Below, piece after piece: positions 36,451 through 46,900 of a DNA stretch of 64,000 nucleotides. Location: the NCBI GenBank assembly GCA_905235085.1, contig CAJOKD010000012.1, forward strand, positions 8,308 through 72,307, given 5' to 3'. Each line of letters starts with the position of its first letter. Position 1 is the stretch's first letter. The DNA is from an uncultured Bacteroidales bacterium. Lineage in GTDB: Bacteria > Bacteroidota > Bacteroidia > Bacteroidales > UBA932. Below the pieces are notes generated by a model. The model was given only the letters and a program-made list of their open reading frames with translations. It had not been told where the DNA came from and made no database searches. The position numbers and the translations under genes are program-made.

Positions 36451-37458
36451 ATGAATATCTTTCCCGACGACAAGGAGCTCAAGAGGCTGATCACCCTCGA
36501 TGACCCGTCTCCCCTGCGCGCGGCTGCTGACAAGCTGCGGAGAGAGAGGTATGGCACGGACGTCTACGTCCGAGGGCTCATCGAATTCACCAACCATTGC
36601 CGCAACAACTGCAGGTACTGCGGCATACGTGCAGGAAACAATCCGGTCCGAAGATACAGGTTGTCCGAGGAAGAAATCATCGCTATAGCCGACAAGGGGT
36701 ACGGACAAGGATTAAGGACTATCGTTCTACAAGGCGGAGAAGACCCGGCTTTCGACGACGGGAGCATATGCCGTATCATAAAAGGAATCAAGGACGTCCA
36801 TCCCGACTGCGCAGTCACACTTTCCATAGGAGAAAAGCCTGAAGTATCATACAGGAAGTATTTCGAAGCCGGAGCTTCCCGTTACCTTCTAAGACACGAG
36901 ACCGCAGACGAAGCCCACTACCGCAAGCTTCACCCGGACTCGATGAGCCTGTCGAACAGGAAGCAATGCCTGCATAACCTCAAGGAAATCGGTTTCCAGA
37001 CCGGTGCAGGCTTTATGGTGGGTTCCCCATTCCAGACCCTTGACAACCTGGTCGAGGACCTCCGCTTCCTGCAAGGTCTCCAGCCTGCGATGATCGGGAT
37101 CGGACCTTTCATCCCGACAAAGGGGACTCCGTTCGAGAATGAGCCCCATGGGTCCCCGGAAATGACCCTCAACCTGATCTCGATCCTGCGCATAATGTTC
37201 CCTTACGCCTTGATACCGGCGACAACCGCTCTGGGATCCATCCTTCCCGACGGCATCATCCTCGGACTGAAGGCCGGTGCGAACGTCCTGATGCCTAACC
37301 TCACACCTCCGGATGTCCGGAAACTATACTCCATCTACGACAACAAGTCCAGCATAAAGGAAGAGGCCTCCGTCACGGACGGAAGCCTCGCAAAACTCGT
37401 ACGCTCTGCCGGTTACGGTATAGTCGTAGACCGAGGAGACGTCAAAGCCCTTTCCTAA
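36451..37458 (+). CDS. hydE: [FeFe] hydrogenase radical-SAM maturase
   Basis: It has the radical-SAM motif CRNNCRYCGIR and is HydE-like throughout (GLIEFTNHC, LQGGEDP, GFMVGSP). The ORF-track start at 36442 is a TTG, so I use ATG 36451. Confidence 0.88.
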   Translation: MNIFPDDKELKRLITLDDPSPLRAAADKLRRERYGTDVYVRGLIEFTNHCRNNCRYCGIRAGNNPVRRYRLSEEEIIAIADKGYGQGLRTIVLQGGEDPAFDDGSICRIIKGIKDVHPDCAVTLSIGEKPEVSYRKYFEAGASRYLLRHETADEAHYRKLHPDSMSLSNRKQCLHNLKEIGFQTGAGFMVGSPFQTLDNLVEDLRFLQGLQPAMIGIGPFIPTKGTPFENEPHGSPEMTLNLISILRIMFPYALIPATTALGSILPDGIILGLKAGANVLMPNLTPPDVRKLYSIYDNKSSIKEEASVTDGSLAKLVRSAGYGIVVDRGDVKALS

Positions 37459-39794
37459 GGTTCAAGCTCGTCTATAGGCTGCTCCGGCAGGCACGACCTG
37501 GTGGTTTTCCAGGAATATGCCTTCCTGAGGTTCAGTTCCAATCCGGTTTTCGGATCGGTGCAGTCAGCTCCTACGGACAGTTTGTAGGTTCCCTTGGCGG
37601 TCTCCCAGGCCGAAGTCTTCTCGTTGAACGATGCAAGTGAATATGCGGTGAAATCCAGGTTCACCACCTCGCTCTCACCCGGCTGAAGGAGGCGTGTCTT
37701 AGCAAACGCCTTAAGTTCAACCGATGGTTTAGCTATTCCACTATAAGGAGCTGATACATAAAGTCCTACAACTTCTTTTCCGGCCACCTCTCCGGTATTC
37801 GTAATGGCTACGCTTACTCGGTATGCATTGCCCTCCTTCCCTGCTCCACGAAGCTGGGAGACCTTGGCATCAGAATAGCCGAACGTAGTGTAGCTCAGTC
37901 CGTAGCCGAACGGAAAGCAAACATCGCGTGAAGCAGTCGCGAAATACCGGTAGCCGACATATATGCCCTCCGAATAGACGGTGTAATCCTCGTTCTTGAT
38001 CTGTTCTCTGGTAAAATCCGGTTTCAGGCTGCCGTTGTTGGAAAGTTTCCCGTGATAGTCATAAGGGAAATCCTTTGCCGAAGGAAGGTCGAAATAATCA
38101 TTCGGGAAGGTCATCGGGAGACGTCCGGAAGGATTGACCTTGCCAGTGAGGACATCTGCTATGGAGCGGCCTGCCTCCATACCCGGGAGCCACGCACAGA
38201 GTATGGCATCCACCTTGTCTTTCCAGGAGGCTACCTCGACCGGATTGCAGATGTTCAGTACCACGACCACTTTCTTCCCGTTTCCGTGGAAGGCATCCGA
38301 TACATTGGAAATGAGCTCTTTCTCCTCAGCGGTCAGGTTGAAGTCGTAGTCCAGGAAGCGGTCCTTGCATTCTCCGGAATTACGGCTGACAGTGATCACC
38401 GCCAGGTCGGAAGACTTTACTGTCGAGGTGATGAACTTGACCGACAGCGGAGTTTCCGGTATCAAGGCTTTCCCGACGTGTACGCGTATCCACTCGTTGT
38501 AGTCCATGTTCTTGCGTCCGAACCTGACATAGTCGGAATAAAGGTCTTCCAGGCGGCTTTCTATCCCGAAACCTGCCTCCCGCAAGCCTTCGCTGATAGT
38601 GACCGTATGCTCAGAGAACACGTTGCCGGCTCCCCAGCCTGCACCCTGGGTATCATAGGAACCGACACCGAAGAGGGCGATCTCCTGCTTTGCAAGCGGC
38701 AGGACTCCGTCATTCTTCAGCAGCACGCAACCATCGGCACCGACCTCACGGACCATCGGAGCAGCCTCCGGAGAAACCTTCTCCGAATATTCATACCCCT
38801 TGAACGTCGAAGTCTTCACCACAAGCTCAAGCACCCTCTTGACTGCCTTATCCAACGCCTTAATATCCAATGCTCCTGACTTTGCAGCCTCAAGTAATGC
38901 TTCATATTCACCACTGGTCCCTGGCTGGAAGATGTCGTTGCCGCTTTCAAGCTGTACGACCGGATGCCGGAGCCCGGTCCAGTCCGTGACCACGGCATTC
39001 TTGAATCCCCATTCGTCGCGGAGAATGGATGTCAGCAAACCTTTGTCCTCCTGTGTCCAGGGACCGTTAAGGCGGTTATAGGATGACATCACCGTCCAAG
39101 GCTGGGATTCCTTGACGCAGATCTCGAAGCCTTTCAGGTAAATCTCCCTCAGAGCCCTGGCGCTCACCCTTGTATCATTGATGATGCGCTGGGTCTCCTG
39201 GTTATTGGCGGCATAGTGCTTTATCGATGTGCCGACTCCCTGGCTCTGAACCCCGCGTACATAAGCCGAAGCTATCTTGCCGGTTATGACCGGATCCTCT
39301 GAGTAATACTCGAAATTCCTGCCGTTCAAAGGGTTGCGCTGAAGGTTCATACCCGGTCCGAGCAGCACGTCCACTCCGTGTTCCTTTACCTCACGACCGA
39401 GCACCTGCCCCATCGAGTAGATAAGCTCCGTATCCCAGGTCGAGGCGACTGCCGTACCGATCGGGAAAGCCGTGCAGTAGTATGCGTTCGGATCTCCTTC
39501 CCTCTTCGGCTCTATCCGCAGCCCCATAGGGCCGTCGGCCATAACCGTGGCGGGGATTCCAAGCCTTTCGATCGGAGCCGTCCTGCCGGCGATTCCCGGG
39601 ACGGTAGTCGTGGAGCCGTAGTTGTGGTTGACGCCCACGACCATACGTACCTTCTCCTCCAATGTCATAGCTTTGATGACCTTGTCGATATTCCCTGCAT
39701 TGAGCTTTGGCTGGGCCTGGAGGGAATAACCTGCCAAAGAAAGACCGGCCAGCAGGAACGCCAGCCTGATTCTGGTTGATTTATTCATAATCAT
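37455..39794 (-). CDS. Glycoside hydrolase family 3 (beta-glucosidase-like)
   Basis: A signal peptide is present (MIMNKSTRIRLAFLLAGLSLAGYSLQA). GH3 motifs include KHYAANN and AVVTDW. I trimmed the start from 39869 to clear the ABC gene stop at 39805. Confidence 0.9.
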   Translation of the reverse strand: MIMNKSTRIRLAFLLAGLSLAGYSLQAQPKLNAGNIDKVIKAMTLEEKVRMVVGVNHNYGSTTTVPGIAGRTAPIERLGIPATVMADGPMGLRIEPKREGDPNAYYCTAFPIGTAVASTWDTELIYSMGQVLGREVKEHGVDVLLGPGMNLQRNPLNGRNFEYYSEDPVITGKIASAYVRGVQSQGVGTSIKHYAANNQETQRIINDTRVSARALREIYLKGFEICVKESQPWTVMSSYNRLNGPWTQEDKGLLTSILRDEWGFKNAVVTDWTGLRHPVVQLESGNDIFQPGTSGEYEALLEAAKSGALDIKALDKAVKRVLELVVKTSTFKGYEYSEKVSPEAAPMVREVGADGCVLLKNDGVLPLAKQEIALFGVGSYDTQGAGWGAGNVFSEHTVTISEGLREAGFGIESRLEDLYSDYVRFGRKNMDYNEWIRVHVGKALIPETPLSVKFITSTVKSSDLAVITVSRNSGECKDRFLDYDFNLTAEEKELISNVSDAFHGNGKKVVVVLNICNPVEVASWKDKVDAILCAWLPGMEAGRSIADVLTGKVNPSGRLPMTFPNDYFDLPSAKDFPYDYHGKLSNNGSLKPDFTREQIKNEDYTVYSEGIYVGYRYFATASRDVCFPFGYGLSYTTFGYSDAKVSQLRGAGKEGNAYRVSVAITNTGEVAGKEVVGLYVSAPYSGIAKPSVELKAFAKTRLLQPGESEVVNLDFTAYSLASFNEKTSAWETAKGTYKLSVGADCTDPKTGLELNLRKAYSWKTTRSCLPEQPIDELEP

Positions 39795-39804
39795 TACTGT
39801 TGTA

Positions 39805-41781
39805 TTATTGAGTAATCTGGTTTCCCGTATAGAGTTCATAGTATTTCCCCTTCTGGGCAAGGAGTTCATCGTGGCGGCCGCGTTCTATTATTCGTCCGTT
39901 GTCCATCACCATTATGTAATTGGCGTTCTGGACAGTAGAGAGACGGTGGGCTATCACGAAAGTCGTCCTGCCCTTCATCAGGGAGTCCATACCCCGCTGG
40001 ATCAGTTTCTCCGTCCTGGTATCAATGGAGGAAGTAGCCTCGTCGAGGATCAGCACCGGAGGATTGGCAACAGCCGCGCGGGCGATTGCAAGCAACTGGC
40101 GTTCACCCTGAGAAAGGTTGCCTCCGTCCGCAGACAGGATGGTATTGTAACCTTTCGGCAGACGCCTGATGAACGAATCGGCATAGACCAGCTTCGCAGC
40201 CTTGCGGCATTCCTCGTCAGTTGCGTCCAGACGCCCGTACCTTATATTGTCCAGCACGGAAGCGGAGAAGAGCTTTGTCTCCTGGAGGACGAACCCGAGA
40301 CTTCGACGCAGCGAATCCTTCTCGATGTCACGGATATCGAAACCGTCATAAGTTATCGTGCCCTCCTGTATTTCATAGAACCTGTTGATGAGGTTCGTGA
40401 TGGTGGTCTTGCCGGCACCCGTACCTCCGACGAAAGCGATCTTCTGACCCGGATAAGCGGTCAGGGTAATGTCGAAAAGCACCTGTTTTTCCGGCACATA
40501 ACTGAAATCGACATCAGTCAGGGAGACAAGTCCCTGGAGTGGAGTAAGCTCCTTACCTCCTTCCTTCATCCAAGCCCAAGAGCTTGTTCTCTTCTCGCTA
40601 ACTTCAAGATTACCAACGTTTGAAACAATAGTGTTTACTAGTGTAACATTTCCGTTATCAATTTCTTTCGGCTCATCTAGCAGTCCGTAGACACGGTCCG
40701 TACCGGCTGAAGCCATCGCAATCGAGTTGATCTCGTTGGAGATGCTGGAAATCGGCCTGGTGAAGTTCTTCTGGAGCGTCAGGAAAGCCACGAGGGTACC
40801 GAGAGTAAGGACCGAACCGTTCAATCCGCAAAGGTACCAGGCAGACAATCCACCCAACGCTATCAGAGCTCCGACTATGGAGGTAAGCACATATCCCAGG
40901 TTGCCGATATTCCCGTTGATAGGCATAATGACGGACGCAATCTTGTTGGCGTTGAATACGCTGCTCCTGAGGTTCTCGTTGATGACGGCGAATTCCTCCA
41001 CGGCTTTCTTCTCGTGGCAGTAAACCTTCACCACCCTCTGTCCGGACACCATCTCTTCGATGAATCCGTTCACTATACCCAGATTCCTCTGTCTCTGGAC
41101 GAAGAATTCCTTTGACATCTTTCCCAGCCTGGTAGTCACACGCACGGTCAGCGCGGCCATCAGGATGGACACCAGGGTCAGCGGAAGGGACAGGACGATC
41201 ATTGAAATGAACGTCGACAGAAGCGTAATGAGCGACTGGAAGAGGTTCGGAACCGTATTGCCGATAACTTGCCTCAACGTGTCCACGTCATTGGTATACA
41301 CGGACATAACGTCGCCGTGGGAATGGGAATCGAAATAGCCGAGCGGAAGATCCTCCATATGGGCGAACAGATCCTCGCGGAGCTTGAGCATAGTTCCCTG
41401 CCCTATGTAGATCATAATCAGGTTGTATGAATATGATGCCACCACACCCACGAGCAGCACCGCACCAAGTTTCACCAATCCCAGCGCCAGAGGAGAGAAA
41501 TCGGGCAAGGACTGTCCCAGCATCGGGGTAATGTAGTCGTCGATGAGGGTCCTCGTGAAGAGCGAGGATGCCAGGGTCGCCAGTGCTGAAACCACGATGC
41601 AGGCCAGCACTATGAGGAACCTGTACTTATAATTCTTGAATATGAACCCGAACAGCCTCCAGACCGTGGAGCCTTTGCCGAGACTCTTCTTCAGTTCGGC
41701 CCTTGAAAGGTGGGAAGGTTCCCTCATCCCCCTGGCCTTGTTCGTACCGCCACCCGGGGCGAAAGCTTTCTGTGCGTTCAT
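39805..41781 (-). CDS. ABC exporter, fused permease/ATPase (second half of a heterodimeric pair)
   Basis: A six-TM domain is followed by Walker A (GGTGAGKTT), the signature LSQGERQ and Walker B (LILDEATS). The start overlaps the upstream partner's stop (ATGA). Confidence 0.9.
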   Translation of the reverse strand: MNAQKAFAPGGGTNKARGMREPSHLSRAELKKSLGKGSTVWRLFGFIFKNYKYRFLIVLACIVVSALATLASSLFTRTLIDDYITPMLGQSLPDFSPLALGLVKLGAVLLVGVVASYSYNLIMIYIGQGTMLKLREDLFAHMEDLPLGYFDSHSHGDVMSVYTNDVDTLRQVIGNTVPNLFQSLITLLSTFISMIVLSLPLTLVSILMAALTVRVTTRLGKMSKEFFVQRQRNLGIVNGFIEEMVSGQRVVKVYCHEKKAVEEFAVINENLRSSVFNANKIASVIMPINGNIGNLGYVLTSIVGALIALGGLSAWYLCGLNGSVLTLGTLVAFLTLQKNFTRPISSISNEINSIAMASAGTDRVYGLLDEPKEIDNGNVTLVNTIVSNVGNLEVSEKRTSSWAWMKEGGKELTPLQGLVSLTDVDFSYVPEKQVLFDITLTAYPGQKIAFVGGTGAGKTTITNLINRFYEIQEGTITYDGFDIRDIEKDSLRRSLGFVLQETKLFSASVLDNIRYGRLDATDEECRKAAKLVYADSFIRRLPKGYNTILSADGGNLSQGERQLLAIARAAVANPPVLILDEATSSIDTRTEKLIQRGMDSLMKGRTTFVIAHRLSTVQNANYIMVMDNGRIIERGRHDELLAQKGKYYELYTGNQITQ

Positions 41782-43529
41782 CGTCTGCCCTCCTTTTCGT
41801 CAAAGTCAGCCTCGGCACCCGAGGTCTGCATCTCGTAGATATCCTTGTAAATCTCACAGGTTCTGAGCAGGTTCTCGTGAGTGTCGAAAGCTGCTACCTT
41901 TCCGTTCTCCATCACGATGATCCTGTCGGCATCCTGGATGCTCAGGATACGCTGCGATATGATGATCTTCGTAAGCCCTTCTATCCTTCCCGACAAAGCC
42001 CTGCGAATGCTTGCGTCCGTGGCCGTATCCACTGCGGAAGTAGAATCGTCGAGGATCAGGACCTTCGGCTTCTTGAGCAACGCCCTGGCTATGCATATCC
42101 TCTGCCTCTGGCCACCGGAAACGTTTGTGCCGCCCTGGTCGATGAGCGTATCATACTTGTCAGGCATCCGCTCGATGAATTCGTCTGCGCAGGCCTGCCG
42201 GCAGGCTTCAATGCATTCCTCGACGGTGGCATCCTCCTTTCCCCACCGGAGATTGTCCAGGATGGTTCCGGAGAACAGGGTGCTCTTCTGGAGCACGACG
42301 GCAACCTGGTTGCGGAGGGCTTCCATCGAATATTCACGTACATCCACCCCTCCGACCTTGACGCTGCCCTCGGATACATCATATAGCCTGGATATCAGAT
42401 ATACAAGCGATGATTTTCCGCTTCCAGTTCCTCCTATGACTCCGATAGTTTCACCGGCATTTATATGAAGATCAATGTCTATGAGGGCATTATCTCCACC
42501 TTTGGTATAGGCGAAATAGACATCATTGAAATCTATGCTGCCGTCCTTGACCTCCATTACAGGAGATGCCGGATCCGCCATATCAGGTTCCTCTTCGATA
42601 ACGTCAGCTATCCTCCTGCCGCTCGCAGCGCTCTGGGTAAGCTGGAAGAATATCATAGACAACATCATCAAGGAAGACATAACCGTCATTATATACGTAA
42701 AGAGCGACGTCAATTGACCGGTCGTAAGTGTGCCTCCCACAATGAAATGAGCTCCGAACCAAGAAATGGAGATGATGCAGCCGTACACCACCAGGTTCAT
42801 AACCGGATGGTTCAGCGCCATCAGGCTCTCAGCCTTGACGTTGAGGTTATACAGCGAGAGGGCTGCCTTGTCGAACTTGCTCATTTCGTGGTCTTCCCTC
42901 ACATATGCTTTCACCACCCTTATGGCATCGATGTTCTCCTGGATCACGCCGTTGAGCCTGTCGTACTTCTCGAATATCTGGACGAAGAGCTTGGACGCCC
43001 TCCTTATGAGCAGGAAGAGGAATGTGCTCAGGACCACCATCGCGACCAGGAATATGATACTCAGCCTGCCGTTGATGAAAAAGCACATAAACAGGCTGAA
43101 AAACATATTCAGAGGGGCCCTGAAGCTGGTCCGCAGGAGCATCTGGAAGGCATTCTGGATATTGCTCACGTCGGTTGTCATCCTGGTCACCAGACCTGCC
43201 GTGGAATACTTGTCAATGTCCGAGAAAGAGAAAGTCTGGATATTCTCGTACATAGCCATCCGAAGGTTGGCCGCCAGTCCAGAAGATGAATATGCTGCAA
43301 AACGGGCTGCCAGGATGCCGAAGAGAGTGCTGAAGAAGGCCATCAGAAGCATCAGCCCTCCGTATCTGTAAACTTCGGGCATGCTGCCGGCGCTTATCCC
43401 CTTGTCTATCAGCGACGCCGTCACATAAGGGATGAGCACTCCCATTATCACCTCCGCGGTGGTCCATACGGGTGTAAGCAAAGCAGCAGCCTTGTACTGC
43501 TTCACCTGGGAAAGCAACGTCCTAAGCAT
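41778..43529 (-). CDS. ABC exporter, fused permease/ATPase (first half of a heterodimeric pair)
   Basis: It has Walker A (GGTGSGKSS), the signature VSGGQRQ and Walker B (LILDDSTS). Confidence 0.9.
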   Translation of the reverse strand: MLRTLLSQVKQYKAAALLTPVWTTAEVIMGVLIPYVTASLIDKGISAGSMPEVYRYGGLMLLMAFFSTLFGILAARFAAYSSSGLAANLRMAMYENIQTFSFSDIDKYSTAGLVTRMTTDVSNIQNAFQMLLRTSFRAPLNMFFSLFMCFFINGRLSIIFLVAMVVLSTFLFLLIRRASKLFVQIFEKYDRLNGVIQENIDAIRVVKAYVREDHEMSKFDKAALSLYNLNVKAESLMALNHPVMNLVVYGCIISISWFGAHFIVGGTLTTGQLTSLFTYIMTVMSSLMMLSMIFFQLTQSAASGRRIADVIEEEPDMADPASPVMEVKDGSIDFNDVYFAYTKGGDNALIDIDLHINAGETIGVIGGTGSGKSSLVYLISRLYDVSEGSVKVGGVDVREYSMEALRNQVAVVLQKSTLFSGTILDNLRWGKEDATVEECIEACRQACADEFIERMPDKYDTLIDQGGTNVSGGQRQRICIARALLKKPKVLILDDSTSAVDTATDASIRRALSGRIEGLTKIIISQRILSIQDADRIIVMENGKVAAFDTHENLLRTCEIYKDIYEMQTSGAEADFDEKEGRR

Positions 43530-43899
43530 TTGCTGCGATGCATTCTATCTCCACGAGTGCGCCTTTCGGAAGAGTCTTGACCGCAAAAGCGCATCGGGCC
43601 GGGAAGGGTGCCTGGAAGAATTCCGAATATACCCCGTTCATCGCAGCGAAATCTCCCATATCGGCAAGGAAAACCGTAGTCTTGACAACCTTTCCCAAGC
43701 CGGACCCGGCCTGCTCGAGGATAGACTTCAGATTTGTAAGGGACTGCCTTGTCTGAGCCTCTATCCCTCCCTGCGGGAACTCTCCCGTAGCCGGATCTAT
43801 CGGAAGCTGCCCGGAAACGAATATGAAACCTCCTTGTTCGATTGCCTGGCTGTACGGACCTATGGCCGCCGGAGCCTTTTCTGTACTTATCTGTATCAT
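43522..43899 (-). CDS. ridA: RidA/YjgF-family reactive enamine/imine deaminase
   Basis: MIQISTEKAPAAIGPYSQAIEQGGFIFVSGQLP is a classic RidA N-terminus. I moved the start to the internal ATG at 43899. Confidence 0.9.
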   Translation of the reverse strand: MIQISTEKAPAAIGPYSQAIEQGGFIFVSGQLPIDPATGEFPQGGIEAQTRQSLTNLKSILEQAGSGLGKVVKTTVFLADMGDFAAMNGVYSEFFQAPFPARCAFAVKTLPKGALVEIECIAANA

Positions 43900-43947
43900 C
43901 GTGTAAAGATATTTGCCTTCAGTCAATCTACAAATATAAAAAAATGC

Positions 43948-43955
43948 TAAATTTG
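43948..43955 (+). promoter_or_regulatory. Bacteroidota -7 box (TAAATTTG) upstream of the GH106-like gene
   Basis: It sits in a gcTAAATTTG context, 29 nt before ATG 43984. Confidence 0.45.
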
Positions 43956-43983
43956 AGACAACAGATCACCATAACCTCAGATT

Positions 43984-46900
43984 ATGCACCCTAAGACCAT
44001 CTTCAGCCTGGCAGCCGCCCTGGCAGCGTTTATCTCCGTTCCGTCCGCCGCACAGTCCGTCAAGGACTTGCAACAAGGTTTCCAGAGCCCTCCCAAGGAA
44101 TCAAGGCCGAGAGTCTGGTGGCATTGGATGAACGGGAACATCACCAAGGACGGTATCAGGAAAGACTTGCAGTGGATGAAGGATGCAGGAATCGCTGGGT
44201 TCCACAATTTCGACGCCGGACTCGAGACGCCGCTGATAGTCAGCCACAAGGTCGAATATATGACTCCTGAATGGAAGGATTGCTTCAGCTATGCGATCGA
44301 TCTTGCGGACAGCCTGGACCTCGAAGTCACTATAGCCGCATCACCTGGCTGGAGCGAGACCGGAGGGCCTTGGGTCAAGCCTGAGAATTCTATGAAAAAG
44401 CTGGTATGGAGGCAGATCGATGTAGTCGGAGAAGCCCCGAAGGCAGTCAGGGGCCGGAAGGCAAAGCCTGCCGAGCCTTCAGTCATCATACTTCCAGAAG
44501 GGTTCGACAATACCGGGAAGTTCCAGGACTGGCCTCTGGCCCTGACAGATAAGGATTTGGAATCCCTCGAGAACAAATTCCATTCGCTGAAGTTCTACAG
44601 GGATATAGCAGTCCTCGCAGTAAAGCTCTGCGACAGCGACATAGATTTCTCCAGGCTCGAACCTTCCGTCAGGACTTCCGGAACATATCCGGAAGACGGA
44701 AAGCAGATAGAAGGCAAGGCCCTGTACTGCCGCCTGAACGGAGACAGGGTGGGCAATCCCCTGACTGTGAATCCTGACAAGGACGGCTGGAGTTGGATAG
44801 AATACGGATTCGAGGAGCCTCAGACCGTCAGGTCGGTCATCGTCACCGAGAAGAAAGCCAGGGGCGGAGAAAACGATCTGACAAGGGAGCTGCAAGTCAG
44901 CGACGACGGCATCTCCTGGAAGACGGCGGTCCGGCTCGGCTATCAGGCTACGAGGCAGAAGACATATTCATTCCCCGGTATTACGGCCAAGTTCTTCAGG
45001 GTCCGTTTCAAGGACACAGAAAAAGGCGGAAACTGCCCGTTCTGCGTTTCCCAGTTCATCCTTTCATCGGTCAACAGGATCCAGCTTGCAGGAGACAAGG
45101 CAGGCAACCTGTTCTACAGGCTCCTCTCTCTCGAAACCACTCCGCAGACAACCGAGGCTGCCCGCCTGGAAGACGTAGTGGACCTCACCGGGAAAGTAAA
45201 GGACGGCGTCCTTACCTGGGTGGTCCCTGAAGGCCGATGGAGGATATTCCGTTTCGGCTACAGCCTGACCGGTAAGACGAACCATCCTTCGTCACCTGAA
45301 GCGACCGGGCTCGAGGTCGACAAACTGGACCCCGACGCAGTCACCGGTTATCTGGAGGCATATCTGGATACCTACCGCGATGCCAGCGGAGGAAGGCTCG
45401 GCGGCAGAGGAATCCAGTATCTCCTGACGGACAGTTACGAGGCAGGACCTCAGACCTGGACCGAAAACATAGCCGCGGAGTTCCGGCAGAGGAAGGGATA
45501 CGACCTGCTCCCCTGGCTCCCCGCGTTGACCGGTATGATCCTGGGCAGCACTGACGAAACCGAACGTTTCCTATTCGACTGGCGCCGCACCCTGGGAGAT
45601 ATGATGTCCGAATACCACTATGACATCCAGAACAAGGTCCTGGCCAAGTACGGAATGGGACGCTATACCGAAAGCCACGAGAATTACAGGGCCAACCTGA
45701 CTGATGGAATGGATTGCAAGCGCTACGCAGAAATACCGATGTCAGCCTTCTGGATGCAATACAAGCAAGGCAAGATATTCACCAGCAGGTTCGAAGCAGA
45801 CATCAGGGAATCTGCTTCGGTCGCACATATCTACGGACAAAATATCGCGGCCGCAGAGTCTTTCACGGCAGATGGTTTCCGCGACGGGGCCTGGGTCTAC
45901 TCCCCTGCTGTCCTCAAGCCGACCGCAGACGCTGCTATGGCCTCCGGCCTCAACCGCTTCGTAATACACTGCTCGGCGCATCAGCCTGTGGATGACAAGG
46001 TTCCGGGATTGGGACTGGGCAAATACGGGCAATGGTTCAACCGCCATCAGACCTGGGCAGGCCAGGCGCGGTCCTGGACAGACTATCTCAGCAGGAGCTG
46101 CTTCCTGCTCCAGCAGGGCCGCTTCGTCGCCGACATAGCCCTTTATTATGGAGAAGACAACAACGTCACCGGCCTGTACCTCAGTAAAGGACCAGATATG
46201 CCGGAAGGCTATGCCTACGATTATTTCAGCCCGGATGTGCTGCTACATAAAGCCGAGGCAAAGGACGGCCTGATAACCGTTCCGACCGGAATGAAGTACC
46301 GGATACTTTACCTTGACCCCAATGTCCGCTATATGTCGATGGAGATCCTCAGGAAAATCAAGTGTCTCGCGGATGCCGGCATAACCATCTGCGGATCGAA
46401 GCCGGAGAAGATGGCCGGGAACCAGGGGGATCCGGAGGAATTCGACGCAATCGTGAAGGATATCTGGGAATCCGGGAGGAAGAATGTTTCCTCAGGCATA
46501 CCGGCCGGCAAGGTCCTGGAATCCATCGGAGTCGAACCCGACTTCGTATTCTCGTCAAAGGACGATCCGGATGTACGGTTCGTCCACAGGAATACCGGTC
46601 CCGGGGATATATACTGGGTGACAAACCTGTCCGACAATCCATTGAAGATGGAAGCTTCCTTCAGGGTAACGGGCAAGAAACCGGTTCTCTGGCACGCTGA
46701 GGACGGTTCATCCAAGCCTGTCAGCTACAGCATAGGCAGCGGCAGGACAAGTGTAGCCCTGAACCTTGCCAGGCATCAGAGCGTATTCGTGATGTTCCTC
46801 GAAGACGCCGGGAAGGACGAACTGCAGTCGATGCTGCCCAAGGAAGTCCTGACCCAGGTCACGGAAATCCCGACACCCTGGACTGTCAGCTTCCAGGAGA

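Noticed and set aside
40531-40665. An approximately 45-residue, locally AT-richer insert between the TM domain and the ATPase domain of the second ABC half-transporter (NGNVTLVNTIVSNVGNLEVSEKRTSSWAWMKEGGKELTPLQG).
   Set aside because: As far as I recall, an insert with the V-T-L-V...W-x-W pattern is a normal trait of one subunit in a widespread family of heterodimeric ABC exporters. I do not think it is a novelty of this locus.
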